Shown piece after piece: positions 46,345 to 55,651 of a DNA stretch of 64,000 bases. The position numbers were made by a program, and so were the translations under genes. The first letter of the stretch is position 1, and each line of letters starts with the position of its first letter. This DNA is from Pseudomonadota bacterium (GTDB taxonomy: Bacteria > Pseudomonadota > Alphaproteobacteria > Caulobacterales > Hyphomonadaceae). Under the pieces are notes generated by a model, which was given only the letters and a program-made list of their open reading frames with translations, was not told the origin of the DNA and did not search any database. The DNA is taken from the NCBI GenBank assembly GCA_039029475.1, contig JBCCGB010000011.1, positions 64,264 through 128,263 on the forward strand, written 5' to 3'.

Positions 46345-47436
46345 CTAGTTTGGCAATCTTTCCAGGGGGATATAATCGAGATCAAATCCGAAATGTCGTG
46401 GACTGACGGCTTTCAGGGCGTCGGGGCTGCGATAGAAATCCGGGCAACCGATCGCAAAGATGGCGACCCGCTGTCCATAGCGCAGGCGTTCCGCATTAAT
46501 CGGTTCTGACGTTTCATAATCGACGATAATGATCAGGTCCGGCACCGAGGCGAGCACCTGATCGCCGCGCCGGGCCAGCAAATATTCATTCTTGATATCG
46601 ATTTCGACCGCAGGGGATCCGGCCTCAAACCCTTCGACAATGGTGTTGCCGACATCGAAACCACCCACAATTCGGGTCGACTTGTCGACCACTTTCCCAG
46701 TGTGAATGAGACGGCATTCGCCATAGATCGAATCCTCGATCAAAGCTTTGAGCGGATCAAAGAGCGCGGTCGCCTGGCCGCGATTCTCGCGCAGAAATGT
46801 GCCGAGTTTGAGTGCGAAACTGACGGTTCCAGGGATGAGCGCGTTTTTCAAGACGGCGCCGGTCATGCCATGTTCGACGGTGGTGATCATGCCACCCGAG
46901 CTCATCGCCAGGGCGCGAATATGGCGTTCATAGACCTCTGTCCCCTTGGTCGTGAACAGCGTGACATTGCTGGCATAGTCGCAGGCCATTGCGGGTGTCG
47001 AGGGAATGCCGCGAATGGCATAGGTCATCATCTGTGCTTCTGGCAGTGCGCGCCCCATGCCATCGCCGTCGACCACAGGGATGCCGCGGCTGGCCGCTGC
47101 CATGATCGGGATCAGCGAATTGCCGCCGCCAATCTCGAATGACACGACGGCATCGAGCTTGCGTCCCATCTGCGTTTCAAACGCTTCCAGGGCAATCAGG
47201 GCTTCATCATCCGAGGGCAATAGCTCGAGACTGACCGTTGGCGCGCCGACATTGCCGATCGCCGCTACAAAGGCATCGTCAGGAATGTCTTCAGGTTGTA
47301 GCAAATCGACCGGGCCTGTTCGCTTTAGCACTTCGCGTGTCAGCAGCTTTGGTACGTGAGGATCGCCGCCACCGCCGGTGGCCAGGAAGACTGATCCCAA
47401 AGCGAGGTCGTCGAGATGTTGTGCACCGAGTTTCAT
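46345..47436 (-). CDS. DUF917-family protein
   Basis: GSVFLATGGGGDP; EIGGGNS; DGDGMGRALPE; KNEYLLA; SVPDLII; LRYGQRV; ATGA-coupled to the hydantoinase. Confidence 0.9.
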   Translation of the reverse strand: MKLGAQHLDDLALGSVFLATGGGGDPHVPKLLTREVLKRTGPVDLLQPEDIPDDAFVAAIGNVGAPTVSLELLPSDDEALIALEAFETQMGRKLDAVVSFEIGGGNSLIPIMAAASRGIPVVDGDGMGRALPEAQMMTYAIRGIPSTPAMACDYASNVTLFTTKGTEVYERHIRALAMSSGGMITTVEHGMTGAVLKNALIPGTVSFALKLGTFLRENRGQATALFDPLKALIEDSIYGECRLIHTGKVVDKSTRIVGGFDVGNTIVEGFEAGSPAVEIDIKNEYLLARRGDQVLASVPDLIIIVDYETSEPINAERLRYGQRVAIFAIGCPDFYRSPDALKAVSPRHFGFDLDYIPLERLPN

Positions 47437-48992
47437 GCTTTGCCTCCCGTCGATGGCATGGCCAGGTCGCCAATGACTTTGACGCGAACCCGCATCGTAT
47501 CCTGGCCCATATAGGGCACTTCGGTTTCTTCTATGTCGACAATGCGCAAGCTCTCCTGCGTCGCGCCGGCGCCGAGCGCGCGGGCTTCAGCTTCCTGGCT
47601 GAGCTCGGCAATGGCAGTCTCGCGCGGCAGCGATTGATAAGACACAATCTTCTCGCTCTCGCCGCCGACTTGCGCGATGGCTGCACCAATCGCATTTGCG
47701 ACGCCGGCATGTTCCGGGCGGTGAACCTTGCTCGCTGCTTGCAAGTCACCGGTGACCAGGATGGCGCCGCCGCCGACCAGAATGACCGGCATCTGTACCG
47801 CGCCGGGCTTCATCATGTCGATGCCGCGATCAAGAATCGTCAACATGTTCTGACGCGCCGTTTCAACCATCTCTGGCGCCAGCCCTGCAACTGCTGCGGT
47901 GTCGCCAATATCTTGATGGCCGCTGGCCACAACAATGTCTGTTGCCGTCAGGGTGGTGCCGCCAAAGACCAGGCCGTGTGTGGTCAGGCGATGCCCGACT
48001 GATTGCGGGCCAAGTGTGCTGCCATCGGCGCTGACCAGACTGCCGCCGCCCAGCCCAATGGCCTGAATGTCCGGCATACGAAAATTGGTCCGCACGCCGC
48101 CAACTTCGATCACCGAGTTTGATTCACGCGGGAACCCACCCTGCAGGACACCAATGTCTGACGTGGTGCCGCCAATATCGACGACGATGGCATCTTCCAA
48201 GCCGGTCAACAGCATCGCGCCGCGCAGGGAATTGGTTGGTCCGGAGGCGAAAGTCAGGGCCGGAAAGGCGCGCACGAAGTCAGCGCTCATCAACGTCCCG
48301 TCATTCTGACTGATGAAGACCGGGCAAGACAGATTTCGAACGCGCATTGCATCGAGGAAGGCCGAGACAACGGAATCAGCAAATTGCAATAGCGTAGCGT
48401 TCAGCACAGACGCGTTTTCACGTTCCATCAGACCAAGACGACCAAAGCTCTGCGAACAGGTAATGTGCGCATCCGGAATGGCTTGCTTGATCCGTTTGGC
48501 GAGGATCTGTTCCGGCTCTGCATTCATCGGTGAAAAGGCCGAGGCCACAGCGAAATTTTTCAGACCTTTGGATTTTGCGTCGGCAATGGCTTTGTCAATT
48601 TCAGCGTCGTCCATCGCCGCGACCGGCCAGCCATCGTAAAGATAGCCGCCGTGCAAAGCATAGGCATGGCGGCCGACCGCGTCAGCAATGTCATCCGGCC
48701 AGTCGACCATTGGCGGCAGGCCGCGCCCGGCCGGAAGGCAAAGACGAAACACGCCGGTTTCGGCGAGCTGTCGACGCTCGACAATCGCATTGGTGAACTG
48801 GGTCGTGCCGATCATCACGGACTGGATGTCATCGCTTGGCAGTCCGCTATCGTTCAGCACGGTGTCGAGCGCATTGGCGACGCCTTCCATCACGTCCGCG
48901 CTGGTCAGCACTTTGGTCGATGTGATGACGGTGTTGCCGTCCATGATCACAGCGTCCGTGTGCGTGCCGCCAACATCAATTCCGATCCGCAT
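47433..48992 (-). CDS. Hydantoinase/oxoprolinase A-subunit-like ATP-dependent enzyme (HyuA)
   Basis: IGIDVGGTHTD; RENASVLNA; SQNDGTL; ASGPTNSLRGA; DIGGTTSDIG; GLGGGS; ANAIGAA. Confidence 0.9.
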   Translation of the reverse strand: MRIGIDVGGTHTDAVIMDGNTVITSTKVLTSADVMEGVANALDTVLNDSGLPSDDIQSVMIGTTQFTNAIVERRQLAETGVFRLCLPAGRGLPPMVDWPDDIADAVGRHAYALHGGYLYDGWPVAAMDDAEIDKAIADAKSKGLKNFAVASAFSPMNAEPEQILAKRIKQAIPDAHITCSQSFGRLGLMERENASVLNATLLQFADSVVSAFLDAMRVRNLSCPVFISQNDGTLMSADFVRAFPALTFASGPTNSLRGAMLLTGLEDAIVVDIGGTTSDIGVLQGGFPRESNSVIEVGGVRTNFRMPDIQAIGLGGGSLVSADGSTLGPQSVGHRLTTHGLVFGGTTLTATDIVVASGHQDIGDTAAVAGLAPEMVETARQNMLTILDRGIDMMKPGAVQMPVILVGGGAILVTGDLQAASKVHRPEHAGVANAIGAAIAQVGGESEKIVSYQSLPRETAIAELSQEAEARALGAGATQESLRIVDIEETEVPYMGQDTMRVRVKVIGDLAMPSTGGKA

Positions 48993-48995
48993 GGT

Positions 48996-50288
48996 TTAAC
49001 TCTCTTCTGGGGTGGTCCGGGACAGCCGCGCCGCGATCCAGCTTAGCGCGAGATAGCTGATCGCGGTGAGAACGATCGCGTCAATCGCTTCGATCTTGCT
49101 CGGGGATTGCAGGAGCCCCCAATACATCAGCAAGGAAACGGCCGCGCCGATGAACCAGGCGCAAAACGCAATCGGTGCAAACTTGCGGTTACCTTCCAAT
49201 TGCTCAATCCGATATGCGTCCCGGCGGACAAACAGATAGTCGGTGATCACAATGCCAGCGACCGGAATGAAGATGATCGACAAATAGATCAGGAATACGA
49301 CAAATATATCGAGCAAGTTCAGCATCGCGGCGCCAGCGCCAAAAATGCCGAGGCCGATAATGAGCAGGCTGCGATTGAGGGTTGGAAATGTCGCCTTGAT
49401 CGACAACACCGTCGAATAAAGATTCAGCGCATTGAGCACCCAGCTGCCAGCAATGACGATAATAAAGGCGCCGAGGCCGAGTCCGAATTGCAGCATGATG
49501 TCGATAATATCGTGCGACCCGGTGGCGGCGCCGGCCAGACTGGCAGACGCCATGACGAGGAATTGGACAATCATATAAGAGACAAAGGTCACACCCATTG
49601 CTCCACGCCAGCCTCTGACAAAACGCGTAATGTCCGGCAGAATAATGGCGCCAATAATGATCGCGCCGACAATTGCTGAAATGCCGCCGCCTAAGGTTAG
49701 CGTCACCTCTTTCTCCGCTGCCATCATCTCTGGCAAAGGCTGCATGTTGAGCGCGCTATAAGCGAGGATCACGGTGACGATGGCGAGCACAGGTACCATT
49801 AATGTGGCGAGCACATTGATGGCGCGGAAGCCGGCAAATGTAACCCCGGTCATGCACGCCGCCGCGATCAGAGACAGACTCAAATCAGATGGCGCCGCAC
49901 CGAACAATGTCTGGCTTAATCCCGACACCGCGTCGGCAAACAGATTGATATTGATTCCGAACCAACCGAGCAGCGAGATCGCAAAGGCAAGATTGACCAG
50001 ACCGGCGCCATGATCGCCGAACGCAATACGGGTCAGCAAATACGAACTCATGCGGGTTTCAGAGCCGATCCCGCCCATCGCCGTGCCAATGCCGAATATC
50101 AAAACGCATCCGATCAGCAAGGCCCAGACGGTCTGCCACGGCGTCAGCCCTTGATAGACTTCAAGCCCAGTAATGAAGGTTGGCAGCGAGAACGCCACCA
50201 TTGATCCGACCGCGGCGACGCGCCACCACGGTGTCAGCTGATCATCGCGGATCGCGACAGCTTCGAATTCACTGTTTAAGTCGCTCAT
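48996..50288 (-). CDS. Cytosine/purine permease (NCS1/CodB-like)
   Basis: About 12 TMs; IGSETRMSSYLLTRIAFGDHG; LLGWFGINI; PDITRF; NALNLYS; PVAGIVITDY. Confidence 0.88.
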   Translation of the reverse strand: MSDLNSEFEAVAIRDDQLTPWWRVAAVGSMVAFSLPTFITGLEVYQGLTPWQTVWALLIGCVLIFGIGTAMGGIGSETRMSSYLLTRIAFGDHGAGLVNLAFAISLLGWFGININLFADAVSGLSQTLFGAAPSDLSLSLIAAACMTGVTFAGFRAINVLATLMVPVLAIVTVILAYSALNMQPLPEMMAAEKEVTLTLGGGISAIVGAIIIGAIILPDITRFVRGWRGAMGVTFVSYMIVQFLVMASASLAGAATGSHDIIDIMLQFGLGLGAFIIVIAGSWVLNALNLYSTVLSIKATFPTLNRSLLIIGLGIFGAGAAMLNLLDIFVVFLIYLSIIFIPVAGIVITDYLFVRRDAYRIEQLEGNRKFAPIAFCAWFIGAAVSLLMYWGLLQSPSKIEAIDAIVLTAISYLALSWIAARLSRTTPEES

Positions 50289-50363
50289 CTTTACCCCGAG
50301 TCCGGTCTAGGCGATCAAAATGGCCTTGACCAGAGAGCGACCGCGATCCGACCGCAGGATGGA

Positions 50364-52472
50364 TTACCAGATCCGCACACGATCTTCCGGTGCGATATAC
50401 ATTTCGTCGCCGGGCTGAACATCAAACGCTTCATACCATTCATCAATATTGCGGATCATGCCATTGACGCGCAGCTTCATCGGGCTGTGCGGCGCCGAAA
50501 GCAGACGTTGGCGCAACGATTCTTCTGTGCGGGTATAGCGCCGGGCCTGGGCCCGTCCGAGAAATACGCGCTGCTCGCCGGTAAAGCCATCCAGGACCGG
50601 TGACGGCGCGCCATTCAGCGACAATTTGTAAGCGTGATAGGTGACAATGATCCCCGCCAGATCACCAATATTCTCGCCCAGGGTCTGACGCCCATTCACG
50701 TTCAATCCGGGCAAAGGCTCATATTCGCTGAATTGATCGGCAAGCCGGTCGCCGAGGGCATCGAAGGCGGCGCGATCTTCTTCTGTCCACCAGCTCTGCA
50801 GGAAGCCATTGGCGTCAAATTTCGATCCTTGATCATCAAAGCCATGTCCGATCTCGTGACCGACAATCGACCCGATGGCCCCATAATTGATCGCCGGATC
50901 GGCATTCGGATCAAATAGCGGCGACTGGATATAGCCCGCGGGAATGAATGCCTCATTGCGATTGGGGCTGTAAAAGGCATTGACCGTTTGGGGGGCAGAA
51001 AACCATTCGCGTTTGTCGACTTTGGTGCCGAGGCGGGCGGCCTGGCGCGCGCTCGACCAGACGCGATGCCGCCGAATATTGCCGAACAGATCGCCCGGGA
51101 CGATGTCGAGATCGCTGTAATCGGTCCAAACTTCCGGATAAGCAATCTTGGCCGTCATGGCGGCAAGTTTTTCCTGGGCGCGGATTTTCGTCTCATCCGT
51201 CATCCAGTCGAGATTGTCGATCCGGATCGACAAAGCGGTTCGAATGTTTTCGAACATCTCGGTCATCTGGACTTTGCTTTCTTCCGGAAAATATCGATCG
51301 ATATATTCCCGGCCGACGGCCTGATCGAGGCGGCCATTGACGAGATTGATGCCGCGTTTTTCCCGTGCACGCGGGGCCTGTTGGCCGCGCAGCTTCTGGC
51401 CGTAGAATTCGAAATTGGCCATATAGACATCATCGGACAACCAGGCGGCATTGCTCGAGACGAGGCGGGTCAGCAAATAATCCTGCCAGACATTTACCGG
51501 CGTCTCCGCAAACAGCTCGGCCAGGGCCGGAAAAGCGTCCTTTTCGCGGAGCACGATATCGCCCTCCGTCGGCAAGCCATTGGCTTCAAAAGCGGCGGAC
51601 CAGGTCATGCCCGGGGCAAAATCCTGCAACTCGGAAAGACTCATGCGATTGTAAGTGCGATCCGCATTGCGTCGATCAGCGCGTGTCCAGTGCAGCTCGG
51701 CCATCGCCGTCTCGAGCGCAAACACCGCGTCGGCGCGGGCGGCACTGTCCGCTTCGTTCAAAGTCTCCAGCATCCGGGCAAGATGGGTCTTGTAAGCGTC
51801 CCGGGTTTCCACCAGGCGTTCGGATTCGCGCAAATAATAAGACCGATCTGGCATGCCGAGCCCGGCATGGGTCGCGCCCATGACATAGGAATCCGGTTGC
51901 TTGGAATCGATGGTCACATAAATCGCGACCGGCCCGCCAAGGCCAAGTGCCGGGTTGGCCATCAGACGCAGAATATCCTCATGCGTCTCGGCCGCCTGAA
52001 CTTCGGCAATATCCGCCATGATCGGCGTTAGGCCTTGTTCATTGATCCGCTCCAGATCCATGAAATCATTATAGAGATCGCGAATTTTCTGGCTGTTTGA
52101 TCCAGGTTCAACCTCGGCTGTGGAGAGATCTGCAATGATGTCAGCGATCCGCGCTTCATTGCGTTCCTGCATGATGATGGAAAAGCCGGTCCCGGACCGG
52201 TCTGACGGGATTTCCGTTGCCGCCAGCCAGCCGCCATTGGCATATTGGAAAAAATCGTCGCCGGGCTTTGTCGTCGGATCAAACGCATCCATCGGATAGC
52301 CCCAGGGCGCGATCATCGGCGTCTCGATGATCGCGGTCTCAGCTGCGGGTTCGGCGTCTTGCGGTCCGGTTGCAGTGGAGGGCGGGCTGCAGGCCGCCAT
52401 CGCCAGGACGGCCAGGCTGGGAATAACAGAGCGAAGGCGCAGGGCGCGTAAGCGAATCATGGAAAGCCTCAT
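50364..52472 (-). CDS. M13-family (neprilysin/PepO-like) metalloendopeptidase, lipoprotein
   Basis: Lipobox MAAC; PGDDFFQYANGGW; VNAFYSP; VGHEIGHGFDDQG (HExxH); GENIGDLAG; PHSP. Start at 52460 or 52472. Confidence 0.95.
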   Translation of the reverse strand: MRLSMIRLRALRLRSVIPSLAVLAMAACSPPSTATGPQDAEPAAETAIIETPMIAPWGYPMDAFDPTTKPGDDFFQYANGGWLAATEIPSDRSGTGFSIIMQERNEARIADIIADLSTAEVEPGSNSQKIRDLYNDFMDLERINEQGLTPIMADIAEVQAAETHEDILRLMANPALGLGGPVAIYVTIDSKQPDSYVMGATHAGLGMPDRSYYLRESERLVETRDAYKTHLARMLETLNEADSAARADAVFALETAMAELHWTRADRRNADRTYNRMSLSELQDFAPGMTWSAAFEANGLPTEGDIVLREKDAFPALAELFAETPVNVWQDYLLTRLVSSNAAWLSDDVYMANFEFYGQKLRGQQAPRAREKRGINLVNGRLDQAVGREYIDRYFPEESKVQMTEMFENIRTALSIRIDNLDWMTDETKIRAQEKLAAMTAKIAYPEVWTDYSDLDIVPGDLFGNIRRHRVWSSARQAARLGTKVDKREWFSAPQTVNAFYSPNRNEAFIPAGYIQSPLFDPNADPAINYGAIGSIVGHEIGHGFDDQGSKFDANGFLQSWWTEEDRAAFDALGDRLADQFSEYEPLPGLNVNGRQTLGENIGDLAGIIVTYHAYKLSLNGAPSPVLDGFTGEQRVFLGRAQARRYTRTEESLRQRLLSAPHSPMKLRVNGMIRNIDEWYEAFDVQPGDEMYIAPEDRVRIW

Positions 52473-52594
52473 ATCGTTTTACGATACAAAACCTGACAGC
52501 TGGGCGATGGTCAAGCCAGGACGGTGGCAATCTTGTGCGCCGACGGGACGAGACCGGGCGGCCCGGGGCGTGGCGCTGTCTGTATCAGGAAAAG

Positions 52595-52671
52595 TGGCGC
52601 TTCGGGGAGGATTCGAACCCCCGACCCCTTGGTTCGTAGCCAAGTACTCTATCCAACTGAGCTACCGAAGC
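52595..52671 (-). tRNA. tRNA-Arg(ACG)
   Basis: Reverse complement folds as a 77-nt cloverleaf: GCTTCGG acceptor, D-arm GCTC-AGTTGGATA-GAGT, anticodon arm CTTGG-CTACGAA-CCAAG, T-arm GGGGG-TTCGAAT-CCTCC, encoded CCA. Confidence 0.97.
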
Positions 52672-52729
52672 GCGGAAGCGGGACACATACTCTCGGCAAT
52701 CGGCGAAAGCAACACCTGATATCAGGAAA

Positions 52730-53710
52730 TTACTGTGCCTCATGCACGCCGCGCGCAATCGCCCTTGCCAGCGTGTTGGCGGATAATTCTCCCAGCCTGG
52801 CGAGGGCGAGCGGGCCTGGATCAGGCAACGGACGCTGCGCTGTCGACAGAACGAAGACGACATCGCCATCAAATGGCGCAAAGACCGGCCGAATTGCCCG
52901 GGCCATCCCGGCCAGCGCCATCTGCGCCACGCGTTTGGCCTGTCCGGGGGTCAGTTCGACATCTGTGGCGATGCAGGCAATGGTCGTATTTTCGCCGACA
53001 TGCGGGTTCTGCTTGGCGGCGCCCCAGTCTTCAGCATCAGCTGAATAGGTGGCGGGCGGGCGCTGGCCGCCAAATTCGCCATCAATTTCATAGGGCCAGG
53101 CCCAGAAGGCGTCTGTGCCAGGCATGTAGACCGACCCGAAACTGTTCACCGCCACCAGCGCGCCGACGCTCAATCCGTCAGAGCTGACGATCGACGCCGA
53201 CCCCAGGCCGCCGGCATGTTGCCCTGCACGGGCGCCAAAGCCCGCGCCCGCGGCGCCGAGGTCAATTCGGCCATCATTCGCAGCGGCCAAGGCCGTCCGT
53301 CCGAGTTCATGATAGGGCGGCGTATCGCCCCAATTCTTGTCGCCGCCATTGGCCAGATCATACAGGATCGCGGCCGGCACGATGGGAGTCTTCGGGACAT
53401 CGGGGCGCTCGGTCATCGCAAACCCCCGTCCTCGTGCGCCAAGCCGGGCGGCGACGCCATCGGCGGCGGCCAGGCCATAAGCGCTGCCGCCGGATAGAAC
53501 CACCGCATCGACATGTTCGACCAGCTTGTCAGAGTCCAGCAAATCGCTCTCGCGTGTGCCGGGACCACCGCCGGCAACCGCAACCGCGCCAATGCAGGGC
53601 GCCGCGCCCAGAATGACCGTGGTGCCGGTTTTCGCAACGGCATCCTGCGCGTTTCCGACCTGAATCCCTGCAATATCGGTGATCAGGTTGTTTTTACCGG
53701 GTTCGGACAT
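52730..53710 (-). CDS. P1-family peptidase (DmpA/S58-like, self-processing)
   Basis: NLITDIAGIQVG; GGGPGTRESD; VLSGGSAYGLAAA; VPAAILYDL; GENTTIACIATD; RAIRPVFAPFDGD. ATG at 53710. Confidence 0.9.
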   Translation of the reverse strand: MSEPGKNNLITDIAGIQVGNAQDAVAKTGTTVILGAAPCIGAVAVAGGGPGTRESDLLDSDKLVEHVDAVVLSGGSAYGLAAADGVAARLGARGRGFAMTERPDVPKTPIVPAAILYDLANGGDKNWGDTPPYHELGRTALAAANDGRIDLGAAGAGFGARAGQHAGGLGSASIVSSDGLSVGALVAVNSFGSVYMPGTDAFWAWPYEIDGEFGGQRPPATYSADAEDWGAAKQNPHVGENTTIACIATDVELTPGQAKRVAQMALAGMARAIRPVFAPFDGDVVFVLSTAQRPLPDPGPLALARLGELSANTLARAIARGVHEAQ

Positions 53711-53783
53711 TGAAAGGCCTTTCCTGCCACTGGCATCCGCTCTACGGTGCGAAGATGAATTCGCCAAGTCGGAGCGCTATTGA

Positions 53784-55553
53784 ATGTCAGTCAAATCTAT
53801 CTTGATCACGGGGGCATCTGCTTTGATGCTGGTGGCTTGTCAGGCCCAGGATGATCCCACCTCGATCGAAGTGCCGGAACCGCCGATCGAAGAATCACAA
53901 GCGGATTGGAGCAAAGGCGCGATGGTCGCCGCAGCAGACCCACGGGCCGTCGCGGCCGGCTTGGCGGTCTTGCGCAATGGCGGACATGCGGTTGATGCAG
54001 CGATTGCCGTGCACACCGTTCTCGGTCTCGTCGAACCGCAATCATCGGGCATTGGCGGAGGCGCCTTCATGGTCGTCTATGATCGTGCCAGTGGCGACAC
54101 GACGGTGTTTGACGGACGTGAAACAGCCCCCTCTGCTGCAGACGAAAATCTGTTCATCGAAGATGGCGAAGTGCTGGGCTTTATTGATGCCTGGCAGTCA
54201 GGCAAGTCGGCCGGCGTTCCCGGTGCGATCGCGCTCTATAAAGCCGCGCACGATACGTATGGCCGCAACGAATGGGCGAGCAATTTCGAGGCCGCGATTG
54301 ATCTTGCAGAAACCGGCTTTGTGGTCAGCCCGCGTCTCGCTCAGGTTTTGGCCAATGATCGCCTTCGGCAATTTGTCAGGCTCGATGATCATCCCGTCAG
54401 TGCCGCCTATTTCTATCCGGAGGGGGAACCGCTGGCCGACGGCGCAGTGCGGGACAATCCGGATTATGCTGAGACCTTGCGCCGGGTTGCGACCGAAGGA
54501 ACAGACGCCTTCTACAAAGGCGAAATTCCCGCTGCGATCGCCGCCACGATCGCGGAAGCGCCGCGCCCGGGGGCGCTGAGCGTTGAGGATATTGAATCCT
54601 ATGAAGTCAAAGTTCGCCCGCCGCTGTGTGGGGCCTGGCGAGATTATCGTATTTGTTCCGCGCCGCCGCCAAGTTCGGGCGGTATCACACAAAACTCCAT
54701 TGCCGGTCTTTATGACCGCCTGGTGCCAGACGGAGCAACCGAGCCGGACGTGTTGATGCGCGCTTTCGTCGATGCCCAGAGATTGGCTTATGCCGACCGC
54801 GATCACTATGTTGCAGATGCTGATTTTGTGCAGGTGCCGAGCCTGGATTTGATCAATCCCAAATATCTTGATGTGCGCGCCACGGAAGTGTTTGAGCCGG
54901 GTGCGACGCCAATGCCGGGCGACCCAGGCGTGGTCTTGGGGGGCAATCCCATGGTCGGCATGTGGGGCCAGGATCCGACGGAAGACGCCCCGGGCACCAC
55001 GCATCTCTCAATCATTGATGCCGACGGCAATGCGGTGGCGATGACAGCGACCATCGAAGCCGCATTTGGTAATTCCCGGATGGTGCACGGCTTTTTGTTG
55101 AACAATGAGTTGACCGATTTTGCCCGCCAACCGCGCAAATCCAATTTGCCGGTGGCCAACGCGCCGGGCCCGAAGAAGCGTCCGCGCAGTTCGATGTCAC
55201 CGACCATCATTTTCGATGCCGACGGTGACGTGAAAATGGTCACGGGATCGCCTGGCGGCAATTCAATCGTCGCTTATACCGCGAAGTCGATTATCGGCGT
55301 GCTGGACTGGGAAAAGACCCCACAAGAAGCGGTCGCTTTGCCAAACATTATCGCCCGCGGTGAGATGGTTGGGGTCGAGGTGGACCGAGACGGTGGTCAA
55401 GAGGTTGCGGATAAGCTGAAAGCGCTCGGCTATAACGTTGAGGAGCGACGCGGCGAGAATAGCGGTCTGCACGTCATCCTGGTCACAGAAGATGGCTTGC
55501 TCGGCGGCGCCGATCCGCGTCGCGAAGGCGTTGCGACGGCATTGGCTGAATAA
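53784..55553 (+). CDS. ggt: Gamma-glutamyltransferase family lipoprotein
   Basis: Lipobox LVAC; GGHAVDAAIA; EPQSSGIGGG; DGRETAP; GTTHLSIID (nucleophilic Thr); RPRSSMSP; GSPGG; ADPRREG. Confidence 0.93.
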   Translation: MSVKSILITGASALMLVACQAQDDPTSIEVPEPPIEESQADWSKGAMVAAADPRAVAAGLAVLRNGGHAVDAAIAVHTVLGLVEPQSSGIGGGAFMVVYDRASGDTTVFDGRETAPSAADENLFIEDGEVLGFIDAWQSGKSAGVPGAIALYKAAHDTYGRNEWASNFEAAIDLAETGFVVSPRLAQVLANDRLRQFVRLDDHPVSAAYFYPEGEPLADGAVRDNPDYAETLRRVATEGTDAFYKGEIPAAIAATIAEAPRPGALSVEDIESYEVKVRPPLCGAWRDYRICSAPPPSSGGITQNSIAGLYDRLVPDGATEPDVLMRAFVDAQRLAYADRDHYVADADFVQVPSLDLINPKYLDVRATEVFEPGATPMPGDPGVVLGGNPMVGMWGQDPTEDAPGTTHLSIIDADGNAVAMTATIEAAFGNSRMVHGFLLNNELTDFARQPRKSNLPVANAPGPKKRPRSSMSPTIIFDADGDVKMVTGSPGGNSIVAYTAKSIIGVLDWEKTPQEAVALPNIIARGEMVGVEVDRDGGQEVADKLKALGYNVEERRGENSGLHVILVTEDGLLGGADPRREGVATALAE

Positions 55554-55651
55554 TCCGCGGCCGGGTGATGGTGCACTTGGCAAAAGACAAATTTGATGGA
55601 TGACCGACAGGCCGAATGCCTGCCGTGATGGGGAGAGTGAAATTGACTTTC

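Noticed and set aside
39960-52671. Possible genomic island integrated at tRNA-Arg(ACG)
   Set aside because: No integrase or other mobility gene, no duplicate of the tRNA 3' end (TGGCGCTTCGGGG) noticed by eye, and no obvious compositional shift. An exact repeat search would be needed to exclude it fully.
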